Source: Bugula neritina (Eukaryota > Animalia > Bryozoa). From it: 64,000 bases of DNA. Location of the stretch: the NCBI GenBank assembly GCA_964035545.1, contig OZ037765.1, positions 29,325,504 through 29,389,503 on the forward strand. The letters are read 5' to 3'. Both the position numbers and the translations under genes were made by a program. Shown piece by piece: positions 1 to 15,000 of the stretch (its first letter is position 1; every line of letters begins with the position of its first letter). The notes under the pieces are model-generated. The model searched no databases. It was given only the letters and a program-made list of their open reading frames with translations, and was not told where the DNA came from.

Positions 1-1558
1 TAGAATGTTCACCCAATCAAATATACAATTCCTATAGATTGTTAATTGTCCATCTTAATGAGAATTGACTTTTTAGACAAATGTCTATTGGGTACATTAG
101 GCCAGCTGGTCTCTCTATACTCAAAGTCATTACATCTTTCCCTCACTGTAGAACATTACATATGATATAACCCAGATTCTTTGATTAGCTGTAAGCATAT
201 TAAAGGCTATTTAAGTTAATAGGTTTGGATGTAAAGTAGATAATCATGGGTCCAGTTACTAGCATAACAAGCTTTGATATCTGTCTGAAGGGCTACAACA
301 ATTGGCTGTTATTTGATAACTACCAGCTTTCATTAGTCACATGTTTAGCATACTTTCTATTTAGCTTCCAGACTTTAGATTTAGATTGCTTGGGATTTTT
401 GGTCTAACGAAGCCCTGACCCTACTGTTTTTTTCAATGAGCTCATTTGATTTTGGTAAGGGTTGTTTGCTCTTGAAATATTTTGCATTCTCAGGGAGTTG
501 CGTGCTCCTAACCTATATTTGGACTCTAAATACAAGTCTACTATACAAATCATTTAGCTAATGAATTTACGCTAGTTTTTGTTGAAATAGAAAACAACTT
601 CTGTTTTAGTTAAGCTTATCTAAGAGTTGCTATAGCTATTAGGGCAATAGTTAATTTATATTGTATGAAATCAGACATTGTAAAATGTTTTACTAACAAT
701 AAACTTTAAATAGCAACTGCTCAAATGTAGAAAGATTAATAACGTTCCTATAACTTCTAAAAATTCCTCAATGAATAAAACATAGCAGGGTGTGACAATA
801 AACCTTTGGTCATATTTTTATAAAATAGTTGGACTAAATTTTTAATTTCTTCTGAGTCACTTAGTGAAAATGTTTCACAACCCATTATATCTGTTGCAAT
901 GTGGCAATGATACAAATCAATAGGCGTTCTGTAATGTAATATTAGTAATTTACCCAGTTGCTTGCTGTATATACACGTAAGCGTTATCTGCTTTATATCT
1001 ACCCTGAGCTCATTCCTTGCGTGCCATTCTGTAATTGCATGGTATGGTGTCTATTGAGACAGTGCATAGATTTGTATCTATTGACTTAGGGTGATTCATC
1101 AGAAAACATAAAAATAATCATATTGATTTCTGATATGGAGCTGAGCTAACAATATTATAGGTTGTGTCAACAGACAAGGGTTGGTAACTCCACAATTAGG
1201 TTTAAAACTTAGTAATTAGTCAACATATAATCTATTTGTTTTAAAGTTGATTTTACTTAGAATCTCAGCATTATATTTATGAGTTGGTTGAGGTTTTGGT
1301 ATAATATGTTGATTAACATTGTTACAATTGTTATAATATCCCTGGTAGTAAGGGTGTGTTTTTGGCTGTTAGAGGAAGAAAGACTAAATACCTGGGCAGG
1401 TCAACTATATGTGGTCCATGGCCAATGAGTTCTATTAAAGTTTGCAATCATTTTATAAGACTTTATAGCTTGACCAACGAAGTAGTCTTTGTGCTATTAT
1501 GAATTCTGTTCAGATTGGTTTAGCTTACAATTGACCTTTTCCTAGAAATAGGGCTTAA

Positions 1559-2326
1559 AGGATTGCTCTATCTTGTCTAATAAATGGCCATTTAGGTCAA
1601 ACACACATAATATTGTGTTTTTCTAAGCATGCATTGACAAAAAGCATTTGACCAAAGGTAGAAAAAGTTAGTTGAAGTTGAGGGTGTAGATTGGTAACAG
1701 CCAAAACGCCGATTTTGAAATGAGCTGGGAAATGTGACGTAACAGCGCCAGCATTCCTGCTGGTCACGTGACTATACAAATGAATAACTATAGAAATATG
1801 ACTGTGAGATGTAATCTTTTAGCTTGTAATTTGTATATTTATAGAAGTGCAAATGTGAATTATCTCAACCTATAGTTTTTTGACATTTTAAATAACATGT
1901 ATGTGATAGCATTAGGCTATATTTTGCTTGTAAACATTAGAAAAAGCCTTGCAAAAACATGCATTCTTTAGGATGAATGCCTGCGATCGATCTAAACTAG
2001 GTCAGATTGTGCAATATTACGGGCACACCAAAGCTGACCTATATAGCGCACTGTAACTGCTTGAGCGTTATTGGTTGATGTTGCGCCCAGCAACCTTGAA
2101 TACTAGCGTTATAGTTAGCACGTGCAGCATAGTTACTGGCGTTCACACGTCACGTTTTAGGCTCTTCTTTTTCATGGCTGAAAATTTTACCTCCCTCAGA
2201 ATTGGAATTTTGAAAAGCTGTGTTCTAGGCACATATCCCTTTGCAAAGCCACAATTGTTTGCATACACATTAGATTATAGTTCATAATTATAATGTGATT
2301 GTAATAAACTAAGATTGAGCAATCCT
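1559..2326. mobile_element. Non-autonomous DNA transposon (Kolobok-like MITE), 768 bp, TTAA target-site duplication
   Basis: Left end TTAA(1555-1558)+AGGATTGCTCTATCTT; right end AAGATTGAGCAATCCT+TTAA(2327-2330). The 16-bp TIRs match at 15/16. AG termini with a TTAA TSD fit Kolobok rather than piggyBac (CC termini). No transposase ORF inside. Confidence 0.75.
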
Positions 2327-3071
2327 TTAACAAATAGAGTTCTATTAGTTTGGGGCTCTTACTAATTATTTGCAGGGCCTCTATGGTGATGATGATGTGT
2401 GTGATAATTGCTAGAACAAGCCATTTATTGATGCCCATTAAATGATAATCAACTAAAAGGTTTTCTGGATTTAATGCTAATGTAAAAGCAGTAAGCCTGG
2501 TCCAAAATAAACAAGTACTTAGAGCTGGAATAAGTTACTGTTATGCAGCTATATTTCCTGTCCCAGTGTTGAATGACTAGCCGCTGACTGAAGAGCCAGG
2601 ATTGCTAAGGCGACTCTGTTTCTGTGCATAAACTTTGCTGAATGTTAGTTGGATATTATAGCCAGAGCTACTTAGTGTACGGTGGTATTCAGAATGATAT
2701 TTTAGAGAGGTCTGGCTAAGAATAGCAACTCAGGGCTTACAAACTCTACAGCAGGGAAACAAGATATAGACTTCATGGTTAATGTTGTAAATATTTGCTA
2801 CTTTTCATTGGATTAAACCGTATTAATAATCAAGGCTGGTCGGCTCAAGTAGAAATTTGAGACACCATCAACCTTACAGGATACAGAAAGCTGTTTGCTT
2901 ATATCCTACATATATACATTTATTATTCCTTCTAATTCATTAGAAAAATCAATGTTTGGTTGGCAGCATTTGTGTGTACACAAGTCGTTAACTTAATTTG
3001 GTGATGGTTGAACTACACTCACACTAACAATTACAGCTGACAAGCATTTTAAGATTGCATTGGTTTTACAG

Positions 3072-6000
3072 TTAGATGACAACACTGCTGTCAGACGACA
3101 ACAGCGAGAAAAGCAGACAGTTATAACTCAGTCTCACACTATGGAAAGCTTTAGATGCTCTGTAGTCATGGACTTGGACAGTAAGTATTTCTATTATATA
3201 ACTTACCGTCTTATCTGATTACTGAATAAACACATCTACATGTAAATTGACTTATATAGTTATCATGTATATTTTAGGTTTAGTTTACTGGATAAAAGTA
3301 CATGCTAACTGTACTTTGCAATTTTCTTTTCAATTGTTGTATGTGTGTATATTATAGGCAAGGTTAGTTGAATGTTAAAATTTCAATTAAAATTCAATTA
3401 AATTGGATGTTCAATACATGTTGGAGATAGCTGTAAGAATATAACAAATGTATAGTATTGTTTTTACAAAATCATAAAAACAGCCGCACCTGGTTTATTG
3501 TTTGATGCTTAACATCATTCTATGTTAGTCATCCATAGTCGTAGTTTTCTTTCCTTATATTTTTCAATATCTAGCTATAATAACACCTCCAATGTCCATA
3601 AAAAATAAATGTTTTTACAAGTTTGACTGCAAAGAATTACTTTGTGTTCAGCACTTTAGCTGAATATAATAGTAGGCTAAATAAATCTGAAATACAAAAT
3701 TATTGGTGTTATATAATTGAAATGAAAATCTCTCTGTATTGTAAAGTTGTCGGTGTTTTCTTTAACGCTGCACTCCTTTAATTGTGATAGTTTACTGTAT
3801 CACTGCACTTAGAATCTTTCTTCTACAGTACATAGAAAAAGTAGGGTTTTTTAAAATGATCATAAGTAAACCTAAGCACAGGTGAAAACTATGCTTTAGC
3901 TTAGCAGTTCCCACTATTATATATTTGTATACATGATACGTTGCTAGGCTATAAATGCCTGTTATACTATGGCAGGTAGCATTTCCATTATTGTTTTATC
4001 ACCTTTCATTGACCCTTGAGTTATCAACATAACTTTTTTACACTGTACTGACTTCCTTGCAGAGTTTTCATTCAGCACTATATAAATATGTCTCTCTATG
4101 TTCATCAGCATTCAGCCACTAAAGAGGTTGTTTTAGGACTGTCACTAGCGGAAACAGTCAATATCTGCCAAAATTGTTTTATTCTCATAATCAAGGCAGC
4201 AAAAACTTGCAGAAATGTATCTCCCAAGTCTGCCGCATGTTTATGAAGAGTTTGAAACTATTTTCATTTATAACAAACATACTGCTTAATGTGATCATTT
4301 GACATGAAATAGAAATATTAGCTTTAGCTTATCAGCCAGTATATTTTGTTAAAAGTGAAGACATGAAATTCACATGAAGATATGCTGCTGCTAGGCTGAT
4401 ACAATTAATCACTTTTTTTGATGCTTTGACATAGGGAACGTTTAGTTGAGAGCCCTCAACTATTTATGGGGAAAATTCAAAGTTTTTTTAGTCATGGCTC
4501 AGTAAGTTCAGGAATTTAACTATGTTACAGAGCCACAGAATAGTATCCTTTCTCAAAGGTTATGCAGGTGCTAATTATTTTTCCGATTACAGTTGGTAAT
4601 AGGTGCCTCAGTTGTTCCACTTGTGCATGTGAAGTTGCTAATTCAATATAGTTACACTGAATATGCTGCTTTAGGAGTTGTCCCTTCAGCCCATTAGTTA
4701 CAGCCCATAGATTTATGATTGTTGCTATTCACTATAAGCAAGAAAGTAAACTTTTACCATTTATGTGTAAAAGAGCAATTTACTTTTGCCATTTAAAATA
4801 TTTTAGTTTTTGAGTAAAAAGTTATAAAATGATTGAAAATATTTAGGCCATGTTAGACTATATTTGACTTTTCTTTCGTTACATTCTTGCGTCAGCCTGA
4901 AAATATAAAGTTATACTTAGTGTTTGCCTTATGGCTTACAGCCTATTGTCAGAATTGTCTTGAATTTCTCATTCAAAATAAATAGTTTGTTTAATTAGTA
5001 TTGATATATTTTTATCTCATAATATTTGCTTTGGAAAAAATTGAATTGCCTTATTTCATAATATTTGTTTAGAAATAGGCACCTGTCTTAAACAAGGACA
5101 TTGAGCTATTTCAAGTCGTATTAAATAATGGGGCTGTAGGTAAAACATTATACACCTGTAATTCCAACAATATTTATCTCTATTTCTAGTAGATACATGT
5201 ATTCATACTGTTGTAAGTTATTTCTCAAAGTGTATAGTGTCTAGCATAGGCTAATTAATTAGACCAATTAGCATTCCCTAAAGCTCAAACTGCATGCTTC
5301 TTGCACACTTCAATAATTATTTCAGTTACTAAATTCAAGAGAACACAACTGTTACAAATATTACTGCACTTGGTGTGTTGTAAGTCTGCAAGGACAATTG
5401 AAAAAGTAGTTAAACTTCTGTTGTTGATTTTAGGGTAAATTAGCCAAATAAATAAAAAAAGTTATTTTTCAATGGCAAGTTGTACCCTGCATAGTTTTCA
5501 TTGATTGGCACTGATTTTCATCAAAGCCTGCCATACAATTTTTAAATAAGCTTTGAGGATGGCACAAGGTTTAAGAAAACAAAAAGTGAAATAATACATT
5601 AGTTTGCCTGAACAAAAATTTCTCACTAATTTATGAATAAATTTACTAATTACCAGGTAGCGATTGAATTTAATGGCTAATTCTGTAACAGGAATATAAT
5701 AAGGACTTTATTTATCACCATATAAGTAATATATTGTTGTGTTTATATAATTGATGAACTACCTACAGCTTCTCTGCAGCTTGTGTATACCATATCACAT
5801 CGTTTAACATCTTGCTAACAAAAGTCATTTAATTTAAATTTCTTGTTTAAGTCAATGAAAGCTAGAAGTTCATTACTGAAAATATAGAATAGTTTTCCTT
5901 TAATCAGATAGCCAAGGTACATCAACCTGTAAGGAATGTTTGACCGAATTATTTTTTATCTGTTGAAAGTAACTATGTATTGAAAGTATAATCTCTCACC

Positions 6001-9000
6001 ATATTTGTTAGATGTGATGATAGACCGCATGTTTGACGTATAAAGTTACACTAAATAGTTATATATTGGTTGTTATATAAAGATAGATCTGAAAAGTAAA
6101 AAAACACCTACGCATTTACAACAGAGTTGATTTCATCTAAAACTAGAGCATAGTATTCTACTACTTCCATATCTTGTTACAAGTTTTGAGCTTTCTATTG
6201 TATTTCCTGTTATGTTAATTGACCAAAAATAATGCTACTATACAGTGCTGTTGGAATCAATAATTGCTACAAGATATGAGTTTTATCACTACAGAGTAGT
6301 ATCAAGTGTCTGATGCTGCCTTAAGGCTGTTTATACACGCTGACTTTACACTTACAGCGTATTAGACACACTTGCTTGCTCTACTCTAACCAAACTGACA
6401 GGGAACTAATTGTTTGTAAAATTTGAAAGTCCTGTTTCTAAAAGTGAAGGAAGACCTACTTGGCTTTTCTTTCTAGACTTGTAGTGTATCAATATTATTC
6501 TATAAAGTAGTTTCTCTTGAATCAAGTGTGGCTCATTATTACTGATTCAGCCACTTGATGTCGGTTAGAGGGAGAGTTTATCTTGTGACTTTAGACGACG
6601 AGGATGTTGGTAAGAGATTCCGATTATTGTAGTTATTGAGTTGGTTGGAGGTTTCATCTTTGTATTTCTAGAATGTAATCTCATAATTCTATATCTAAAA
6701 TTAAATAATTAGTAACAAATTATATTGTATAATTTTAATCGTTTTTATCAAGCTTGCTTACATCGATCATCTTCATAACTAATTAACAGCCTTATTTTAA
6801 CATCGTAATGTAAATAAATATATGGGGATTGGAGATTCTAATTGAAGCTAATGTACATTGCTTGGTATTCCTAAACACTTTCTCTAATTTGCCATCATAA
6901 CCTTTAATGTTTCTCACTTGGACTCGTTATTTCAAGAACTATCACAGCAGTTTAGCTAGTTTAGGCTATTACACCACCCAGTCTATTATTATGTTATTAA
7001 TTTATTGTTATATGTACTGGTATAGTTAGCTCATGCGTCTCATATACTGTTTGGATTATTGATTTTGTTTAAACAGAAAAGCTTTTGAAGATACCGTAGT
7101 TGTGCGTTATACTCAGTATAAAATATTATGATTGCAGTCTGTAATACCATACATCTGTATATATTAACAATTATAATTAATAATTTATACAGTATTGCTG
7201 TGTTTCATTAAAATATTATTAACTGATAGGCAGGATGTAGTTGGGTTTAGTTGTGAAGTTCTTATTTAGAAGTTTTTTCTTTGCTAAATGTGCATATTAT
7301 ATTAACTGGTGTTTAAATTTAAAAAGAAATTATTCTGGTTTATTAAAAGCTTTGCATAGATTACTTTGTAAATCAATCCCATGCATGAGTTAGTTTTTTT
7401 ACAGATAAACAACTTTATAAGTATGCATTATCTGGCACATTACGTATTGAAATATACCTGCACAGACCAGCAAGTAGCTTAGTTATTATCAGACAGTGGT
7501 GTATGAAATGTATTGACTATCACCTCGTAACTGTACTGAGTGACTATAGTATGCTGAGGTTATAGAGTTGTCTACCCATTTCCAGTGGATATTTCAATGA
7601 ATACCATTGAGATGTTGGGGCCTTAACTAACCCATCTACTAGCAATATATTCAAAGAAGTTTTGCTGCCTATGGAACTTGGGCTAATAAGTTTGCTCTTT
7701 GATCAAAGGTCACGTGTATAGGTTGTTGGAGATTTGTGTGTTTTGAGTGATGACTGGAGTTGTCTTATTACAGATGGTGGAAACTGTGGTGACCTTGATG
7801 ACATCATCAGTGACCTTTGTGCTCTAGAAGCAGAACTCACAGATGCACAGAAAGAGTTTCACACCAAGCAGCCTGTAACTGATGGTGATTCTGGCAACAT
7901 TGATGACATGTATTCATCAAATCCTCAGACAATGGTAGGGTGTTGTGATGCCGTAATATGTATAGCTGTATGTCCCAGTTTGGTCAGCTCAAAATAGGGT
8001 AAATTACGCTGATGACGTTGGCTTGTTGGTCTATAATTAAAATGAGTTGCGTGATGCTGTCTAGATGAAAAGCTTTCACCATAACTTACACAGATGTCAC
8101 AGTTGTGTAGTTGTTGTGACAAATGTCTACAAATGGTTGTTCTAAACTAACATTAGTGGTCCTATAAGCTATTATTAGTGATATTAAAAACTTAAAACAT
8201 GTAATAACATGGTTTGGAAAATAATACAATAATTAACAAGTTTTATACGTCTCTTGTTACCCAAAACATCATTATTAACATTACTGTGTGTCAGTGTGTA
8301 ATCATAGTGACTTGTCTGGACCATACGACATGGCAATGAATTGGTCTATTGATGTCTGACACCTTGCATGACTAGTTACTCCATTTACTGATCACATACT
8401 CTATGTTGTGCCAGTATGAAATGACCAGCATATTGGTAAATGAGCCTCGGCTTCTTCACATTCCCCTCCCAACTTACTCATTATTCATACCAAGTGTATG
8501 TTCAGTGAAATACCTTATCTCCAATGACTCTACTTTCTCGCATGCGAACTTAAATACTCAATGTAGCATCTACGTGTATATCTTTCAGTGCCTTGCTTTA
8601 AATGTTGTAAGAGTGCTATGCTCTATTTAGCCAGTTTCAGTAGAGACAACTCTTCCATCAATAGATCAGAGTCTAGAGTCTAGACACTGATTTATGATGT
8701 CATCATACAGGAAGACTCTTGGCTACACTAAAACTGACACCATATACAGCATGTGCTTTGCATGTTGAGTGTTGTGTATATATGTTATTTTCTTTTCTTT
8801 GTTGTCACCCATTCTAGAAGGACAGTATAGAGACTGTTTGCAAGACATCTTCCAATGGATATAATATTCCTCCTTCAAGTGTCCATGTTATCAAGGTTCC
8901 CTCTCTATCCACTGGTACCCTGAATAACAATCTGTACAACAGGGCAAACACTTTAGATAGAACACCTACGCAGAAATCTACACCAAACAAAGCGCCTCTC

Positions 9001-12000
9001 CAGACAGCGTGTGGCAGCAGTGAAACCAGTGCTGCCGGAAGCTCTCATACTAACAGTAGTAGTGTATGTTGCTTTATTATGCTTTCCACTTCACCTGGTT
9101 TTAGTTGGTTATTATAGTTATACACCACAGAAAGAAAACATGAACACTATTTTTGAATATTTTGAAAATTTGATATTATATAATTGCTAGAGTGTTTATG
9201 TTTTCTTTCCCATGAGTCTAATTAGTTGTATTCTACCTCTATAGAACTATGCAGTTGTAGACAGACTTGCTTTCAAAGGGCACAGCTTGCACTGTTGTAC
9301 TGTGATCACTGCACATGTTGCCTGGTTGTGTTATTCTTTCATCTTTGGTGGTCCATCTGGTAATCATACAGATAGATGTTTGTAATTAGAACATTGATAA
9401 AATCTTTAGGTTATAGGCAATGGAACTGTTAATATTACGGCAATGAAAGTTCTAATGGTATGAGTGACATGTACAGGAAATAGTTATATGATTATTGAGT
9501 GTACACGGCAATCATTTTTTATTCAAGAGGAAAAAACTCCCAGTTAATTTTTATTCAGTTGAAATTAGAAAAATTCAAGGCTGCAGCTACATTTTAAAAT
9601 TTTACTTTTTTCTCCAAAATATTGTTTCTATGAGCTCTTTCAAAGTGTAAGCAAGATAATTTAGTGTAAACCTGCAGCAAGCATGTCGTGTATAACAAAG
9701 TAAACAATTCTCTGATGCTGTATTAGCTGTAATAAAATCTTGTTTTTAAAATGTAATCTAAAACTGATAACTAAGTCAACATGTTTTCGTGAAACTAGCA
9801 CTCCCTTTACAACTATGCATTCGTGTACTTTATCTTATCTGTTGTTAAGCCATGTAAACTTATGCCCGAGGTTAAACTTCATTTAAAACACTGATAAAAG
9901 TTGTGCTATTTAAAAACTGAAACAGAATAGCTGCTTATAAAGGTGTGTTGTAGTTTTCCTGTTTAATAAAATGCAAATACATCAATTAACCTTTACTTCA
10001 CACGTTGAGAAATGAGCAAACAGCCACCACCCCTTGTCTAATTACAGATATACTGTTGAAATATTATAAATACATATGAAATCTGTCTGTTGTTAGACTG
10101 CCTGACTGACTCTGCAGTATCCCACTATTTTGTTGCTATATTTAGTGGGACAGAATTATATAGTGATTTGTAAATCTCAAGACAAAAACCTATGTTTGAT
10201 CATCAATTAATTACCACTTCCTTCACCACTAAGCTTAGTTTAAATAAACTTACTCATTGGTATTGCTTTATTCAACTACTTCACTAAAATATCCATACAA
10301 TAGTAAAGACAATACACCATTATCTTTTATTCATTTACTCTTTAATTTTTTTATTTAGATTTGCCTTTGTCATTATTAGTTTATATTGACTTGTTATATC
10401 ACATGCAAATTGGGCTTAATGCATCTTTTTGTCTCTGGTTATTTACTTGTAAGAAGGCTTTGAGAACCGTGAAGCGTAGAACAGACCTGATATCAACACA
10501 TTATTATGAAAGAATTTCAATAGGTCTGTTGGCATGTGTTCACTGATAGGATTATTTGATTGGATATGATTAGACAGCTGGAACTTAAGCCTCTTTGTGT
10601 ACACTCCTTCATCTTCTCAAGTCTCCTCTATCAATCACTCATTGACATTTGCATGCAAACAGTCGAGCTAGGAAGTTAGTTTATGCTGTGTATTATGCTA
10701 GCTAGAGACACTCATCATGGTTAGGATTATTCGAGGTAGTTTAGGACGGTACTCTGCTAGGAATCTACATTCCGAGAGAAAGCAACGACTGGCACCACCT
10801 ATAACTCCTACTAGCTGTGACGATTGTTGCGATCTTTTATTACAGGGAGACAGTGAGTTGAGGGCCAAAGAGGAAAAAATTTTAATAGCTATACAGAAAA
10901 TACGAGCTGCTGATGTAAAGAAGGTAAAACACTTTAATAATATATTACCTTACTTTGAATTTAAGAAGGCTCATTATTTTGATTTTAAATGCCATATAAA
11001 ATGTTTTATTTGTCAGCTGCACATGGCTGATTTGTGATTAAATCGATAACCTCGACTGAAAGAATAAGCAGAAATTTGTCTAAATTTAGCCTTTTTCTCC
11101 CAGCTGCTAAATAAAACAAGCACAATTAGTGAATAATTGTATTGCCATGGCTAGAACTTTGTTGGCTAGGTTATAAATACATGTATCTGAAAAAACATTC
11201 TCACAACCTTTTGCCTATTCCAGTCTTTAATTTTCTGACAATAACAACTTTGACTGCAATCAGCATAATATTTCTAACTGCTGCCAACTGCTAGGAGTGC
11301 TGCCTGAAGGCCTATTATATAGGAATAACTATACTATTATAGTGATTTGTTGCCTAGCCTTTGATGACACTACCAGATAAAGAACATGAATTTCTTGATT
11401 GCAAACCAATGTACTCACTTACTGGCCAATCAGGTTTGTGTGTGATAGGTCAGGAGTCAGCCAGAAGTCATGTCATCTTTCAGTAATTCAGAACTAAGTA
11501 TCTTTCTTAGTCGAGCTGCCTCACTTACTATGCCTTACTTACAGCTGTTCGTCAAAGTATTTATTCAAAATGGAGAATGCAAGACTATATTGGTGGACGA
11601 GAAGATGACGGTGTCAGAGGTTCTGGTGCTGCTCTATGAGAAATGTGAAGTGAAACCCAATGTAAGGTGGACTCTGGTGGAGCAAATCCCAGACCTGTAT
11701 ATAGGTGAGTTAGAGCTTAAAGTCTAGACTTTAAACTAGTACATATATTGATTCTCTTCCATCTCTTCAAGTTTATCATATAATCAATTGTCACAAACTA
11801 ATAAATTACCTTCATTATAAAAGAGTCTGTTAGAGTCAACTAAGAAACTAGTACTATTTACTTAATGAGATTTAAACTGGAAGTCAGGTAGTTCAGACAT
11901 TCACACGCGATGATTGATTTCAGCACTTCTAGGCTTATAGTTATACTCTTTTGATTAGTCAAAATATCATCACTAGACACTAGTAGCGTGGTTAGTTTCT

Positions 12001-15000
12001 GCATGGAGTTTGGCCATGGATACAAGCATAGTTAGAAATTTTGCTAAAGTTTTTGTTAGCCATGAAAATAATGAAAGAGTATTTTAACCGTTGCTATTGG
12101 CTATTTATAATATTTCTGTCAATTGCAAACATGAGAAAAGATGAGAAAACATGTGAACATGAAGCTGCAATAAAACCAATTTAAATAGATGTGATCATAA
12201 ATTTGTGGCTCAATACAGTTTAGAGTTTAGACCATAGCAAGTGTCAAATAGTTCTAGCTACAAATGAAGAAATCTAGCTAGGCTGACCACTATCAATATT
12301 TGCTAGATTTTGCAATTCCATTCCAGGGCTTAGTAAGCCTGATAACTCTGGTTTTTTGTTAAAAAACTTACCAAGAAGATGTTGCAATGCACTAACCAGC
12401 TGTCTATGTTGTCTTAGAATTGTCATAGCAACTAACGCAGCTGGTAAAAGCATTTAGCATTCTGGGATCTAACCATTATCTCAAAGAACATCAGTGAAAT
12501 CGTGTCTCCATTTGGGTTCAGTTTTGCCCAAAATCCATTGCAACAGCTACTAAAGTACTGTGAACAAAAAACAAGTGCAACATAGACTGGGCGTGTGTCT
12601 ATACTGGAACTCTGTGTGTCTATACTAGAACTCTGGAAGCATATATAATCTAAAACTATAATATGCGTCAACCGCAAAAGTTGAGTCGTAGGTTTTCCAT
12701 TTCTTCAAAAGTTGATTGGTTTGAATACGTTTTTCTATTCTTGGTTACTTTGACTTTTAAAACTACACCCATTAGGCTAATGTTTGATTAATCATGCAAA
12801 AATCAACTTATTAGCTGTGAAAAATTTGATAAATTTACTTGTTCGAATCCTTCGATTACAACGTTAGAGCAAAATGCTACAGCACAGCTCTCTGGATTTT
12901 CTGGTGCTATTGGCATTTGCCTATAGGTAGGGTGTTGAATTCTCATCAAGTTAAAAATAAGAAACATCTAGTAAAGGGTGTGTGTAGCATGACATAGATT
13001 GTGCTGGTGGTTCAAACCCTACAAAGGTCAAGATGGTTTTGGGAATGGCATCCAATCAAAATTGCTCTTACACTTTTCGGCTTATCGGAAGCCCATAATC
13101 CATGTTGTCAGAATGAGGCAAAAGATGTCTACAGTCTTCAGCAAACTCTAATATCAGGTTCCTCAAAAGACTTCAGCTACAAACTCAGGGAGTACATCAA
13201 TAATTTCTTCATTTTGAAGGCAAGAAACGTTGAAGTGTTAAATAATACAAAGAAGTATCATATACCTTCAAACAGTACAGGCAATAAAAAATGAATCATA
13301 GAACTACACAGCTGTTCATATCTAGTGGAGCTGTAGCAGTGCTCTGCATCTCATTACTCTTTGGAAAGTGCCCAAAGGAATCAAATAAGTTAATTTTTTG
13401 CTCATTTAACTTAGCTTGATTGTGTCTTTGTCCAGTAACCGATTTGGTGAATGTAATCAACCAAGCCTTACGTTCATAATACTTGGCACTAGATGGTGGG
13501 GGTATCCTAGTACACCTCTTTCAAATATGTGATATTATGAAGAATTTACTATAATGTGGTGTCCTTTGACAGATTCTAGTCTACAGAGATTATTTTGCTA
13601 GGATTTCCTGATGATAAAAAAGATATTTGCTAGACTCACAGAGCTACCTACATGTGATTATACATAGCCTTGGCAGGAAGTTCATAGTTTCAAAACAATG
13701 ATACATTATAAACAGGGAGTCATTTCCATTAAATTAAAAGGGTGTATTATTAGGCCCAACTAATAAGCTTTTATGACAATAATGGAACGTATTATCTATA
13801 TAATCTCTTTTTTGTGATCCATTAAATTCTCTTCCATTGTTGGATATTTGCACAAGTTTTTTGGAGATACTTGGTTAATTACATTTTGTAAAGTAATGAT
13901 AGACTACTTGTTATGTTTACTGAGGTATATTTCCAATTGAATAATAACCACGCTGGTATGCGCAGTGTTACAACTAACAAAAACCGGATACACAATATTG
14001 AATAAATGGGCGGAGCCAAAATATAACAGATTCTCCCTTTACAAAGCTTGACTTACAAAACATTTAAGAAACAAAACAAGTAATAAATTCAAAGTAAGAC
14101 AGAAAGAAATGAAAGAACAATGTAACTGTAAAATAATAAAATTGAAAGTATTATAAGTCTAACAGCACTCTTGGCTTACGTATCCTACTTGAACGCCTTG
14201 GCTCTGGAGGTGTGGTGACAGGTGCTGAAGGTGTACTCACAGTTGCAGGAGTTTGAAGACTATCAGGACGAGGCTCCATGTGCTCAGAGGTTGGACCTGT
14301 TTGAGGTGCAGAGACTGGTGGCAAGTGGCTTAATGAAGAAGGTGTGTTCCTAGAAATTAAATCACATGGCACACCGGTAAATGGCTGAACACTGATATCT
14401 AAAGGAGTGGTTTCATTTTGGTCATTAGCTATTTTCGCTTCTCGGTGCTTGAGTTGGTCTACATGGCGTTTCCATTTCTTTTCTCCTACCTGTACGAAAT
14501 AACACAACGGGCCAACCTGGTCAATTATTACCCCCTTTTTCCATTTAACAGCTCCAAGGTAACACCTCACCCAAACATCTGAGCCTATGTCAAATTCACG
14601 GTGTATAGCTATAGGACCTGCATCATGTAGTTTTGATGTTATGTCAGGCTTTAAGCAATCAAGCCTTGTTCTCAATGTTCGACCAAGCATTAAAGTTGCA
14701 GGGCTCTCACCAGTAGTTGAGTGAGGAGCATTACGATAAGCCAACAAAAACCTGTCTAACCGATACTGTAAATCTAAACCTTGAGAGGCCCTTAGAGCAC
14801 TTTTGACTGTTTGTACAAACCGCTCTGCTAAACCATTAGTGGCTGGATGATAAGGTGCACTTTTCTTATGCTTGATGCTCAAATGTGCCAAAAAGGCTTC
14901 AAACTCTTCACTACAAAATTGTGGTCCATTGTCACTGACCAGCTCCATAGGCACACCCCATCTAGCAAAGATTGGCCTAAGCATGTTTATAGTACTTTGG

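Noticed and set aside
12593-12634. 21-bp tandem duplication GTGTGTCTATACTRGAACTCT
   Set aside because: Two-copy local slippage in an intron with no evident function.
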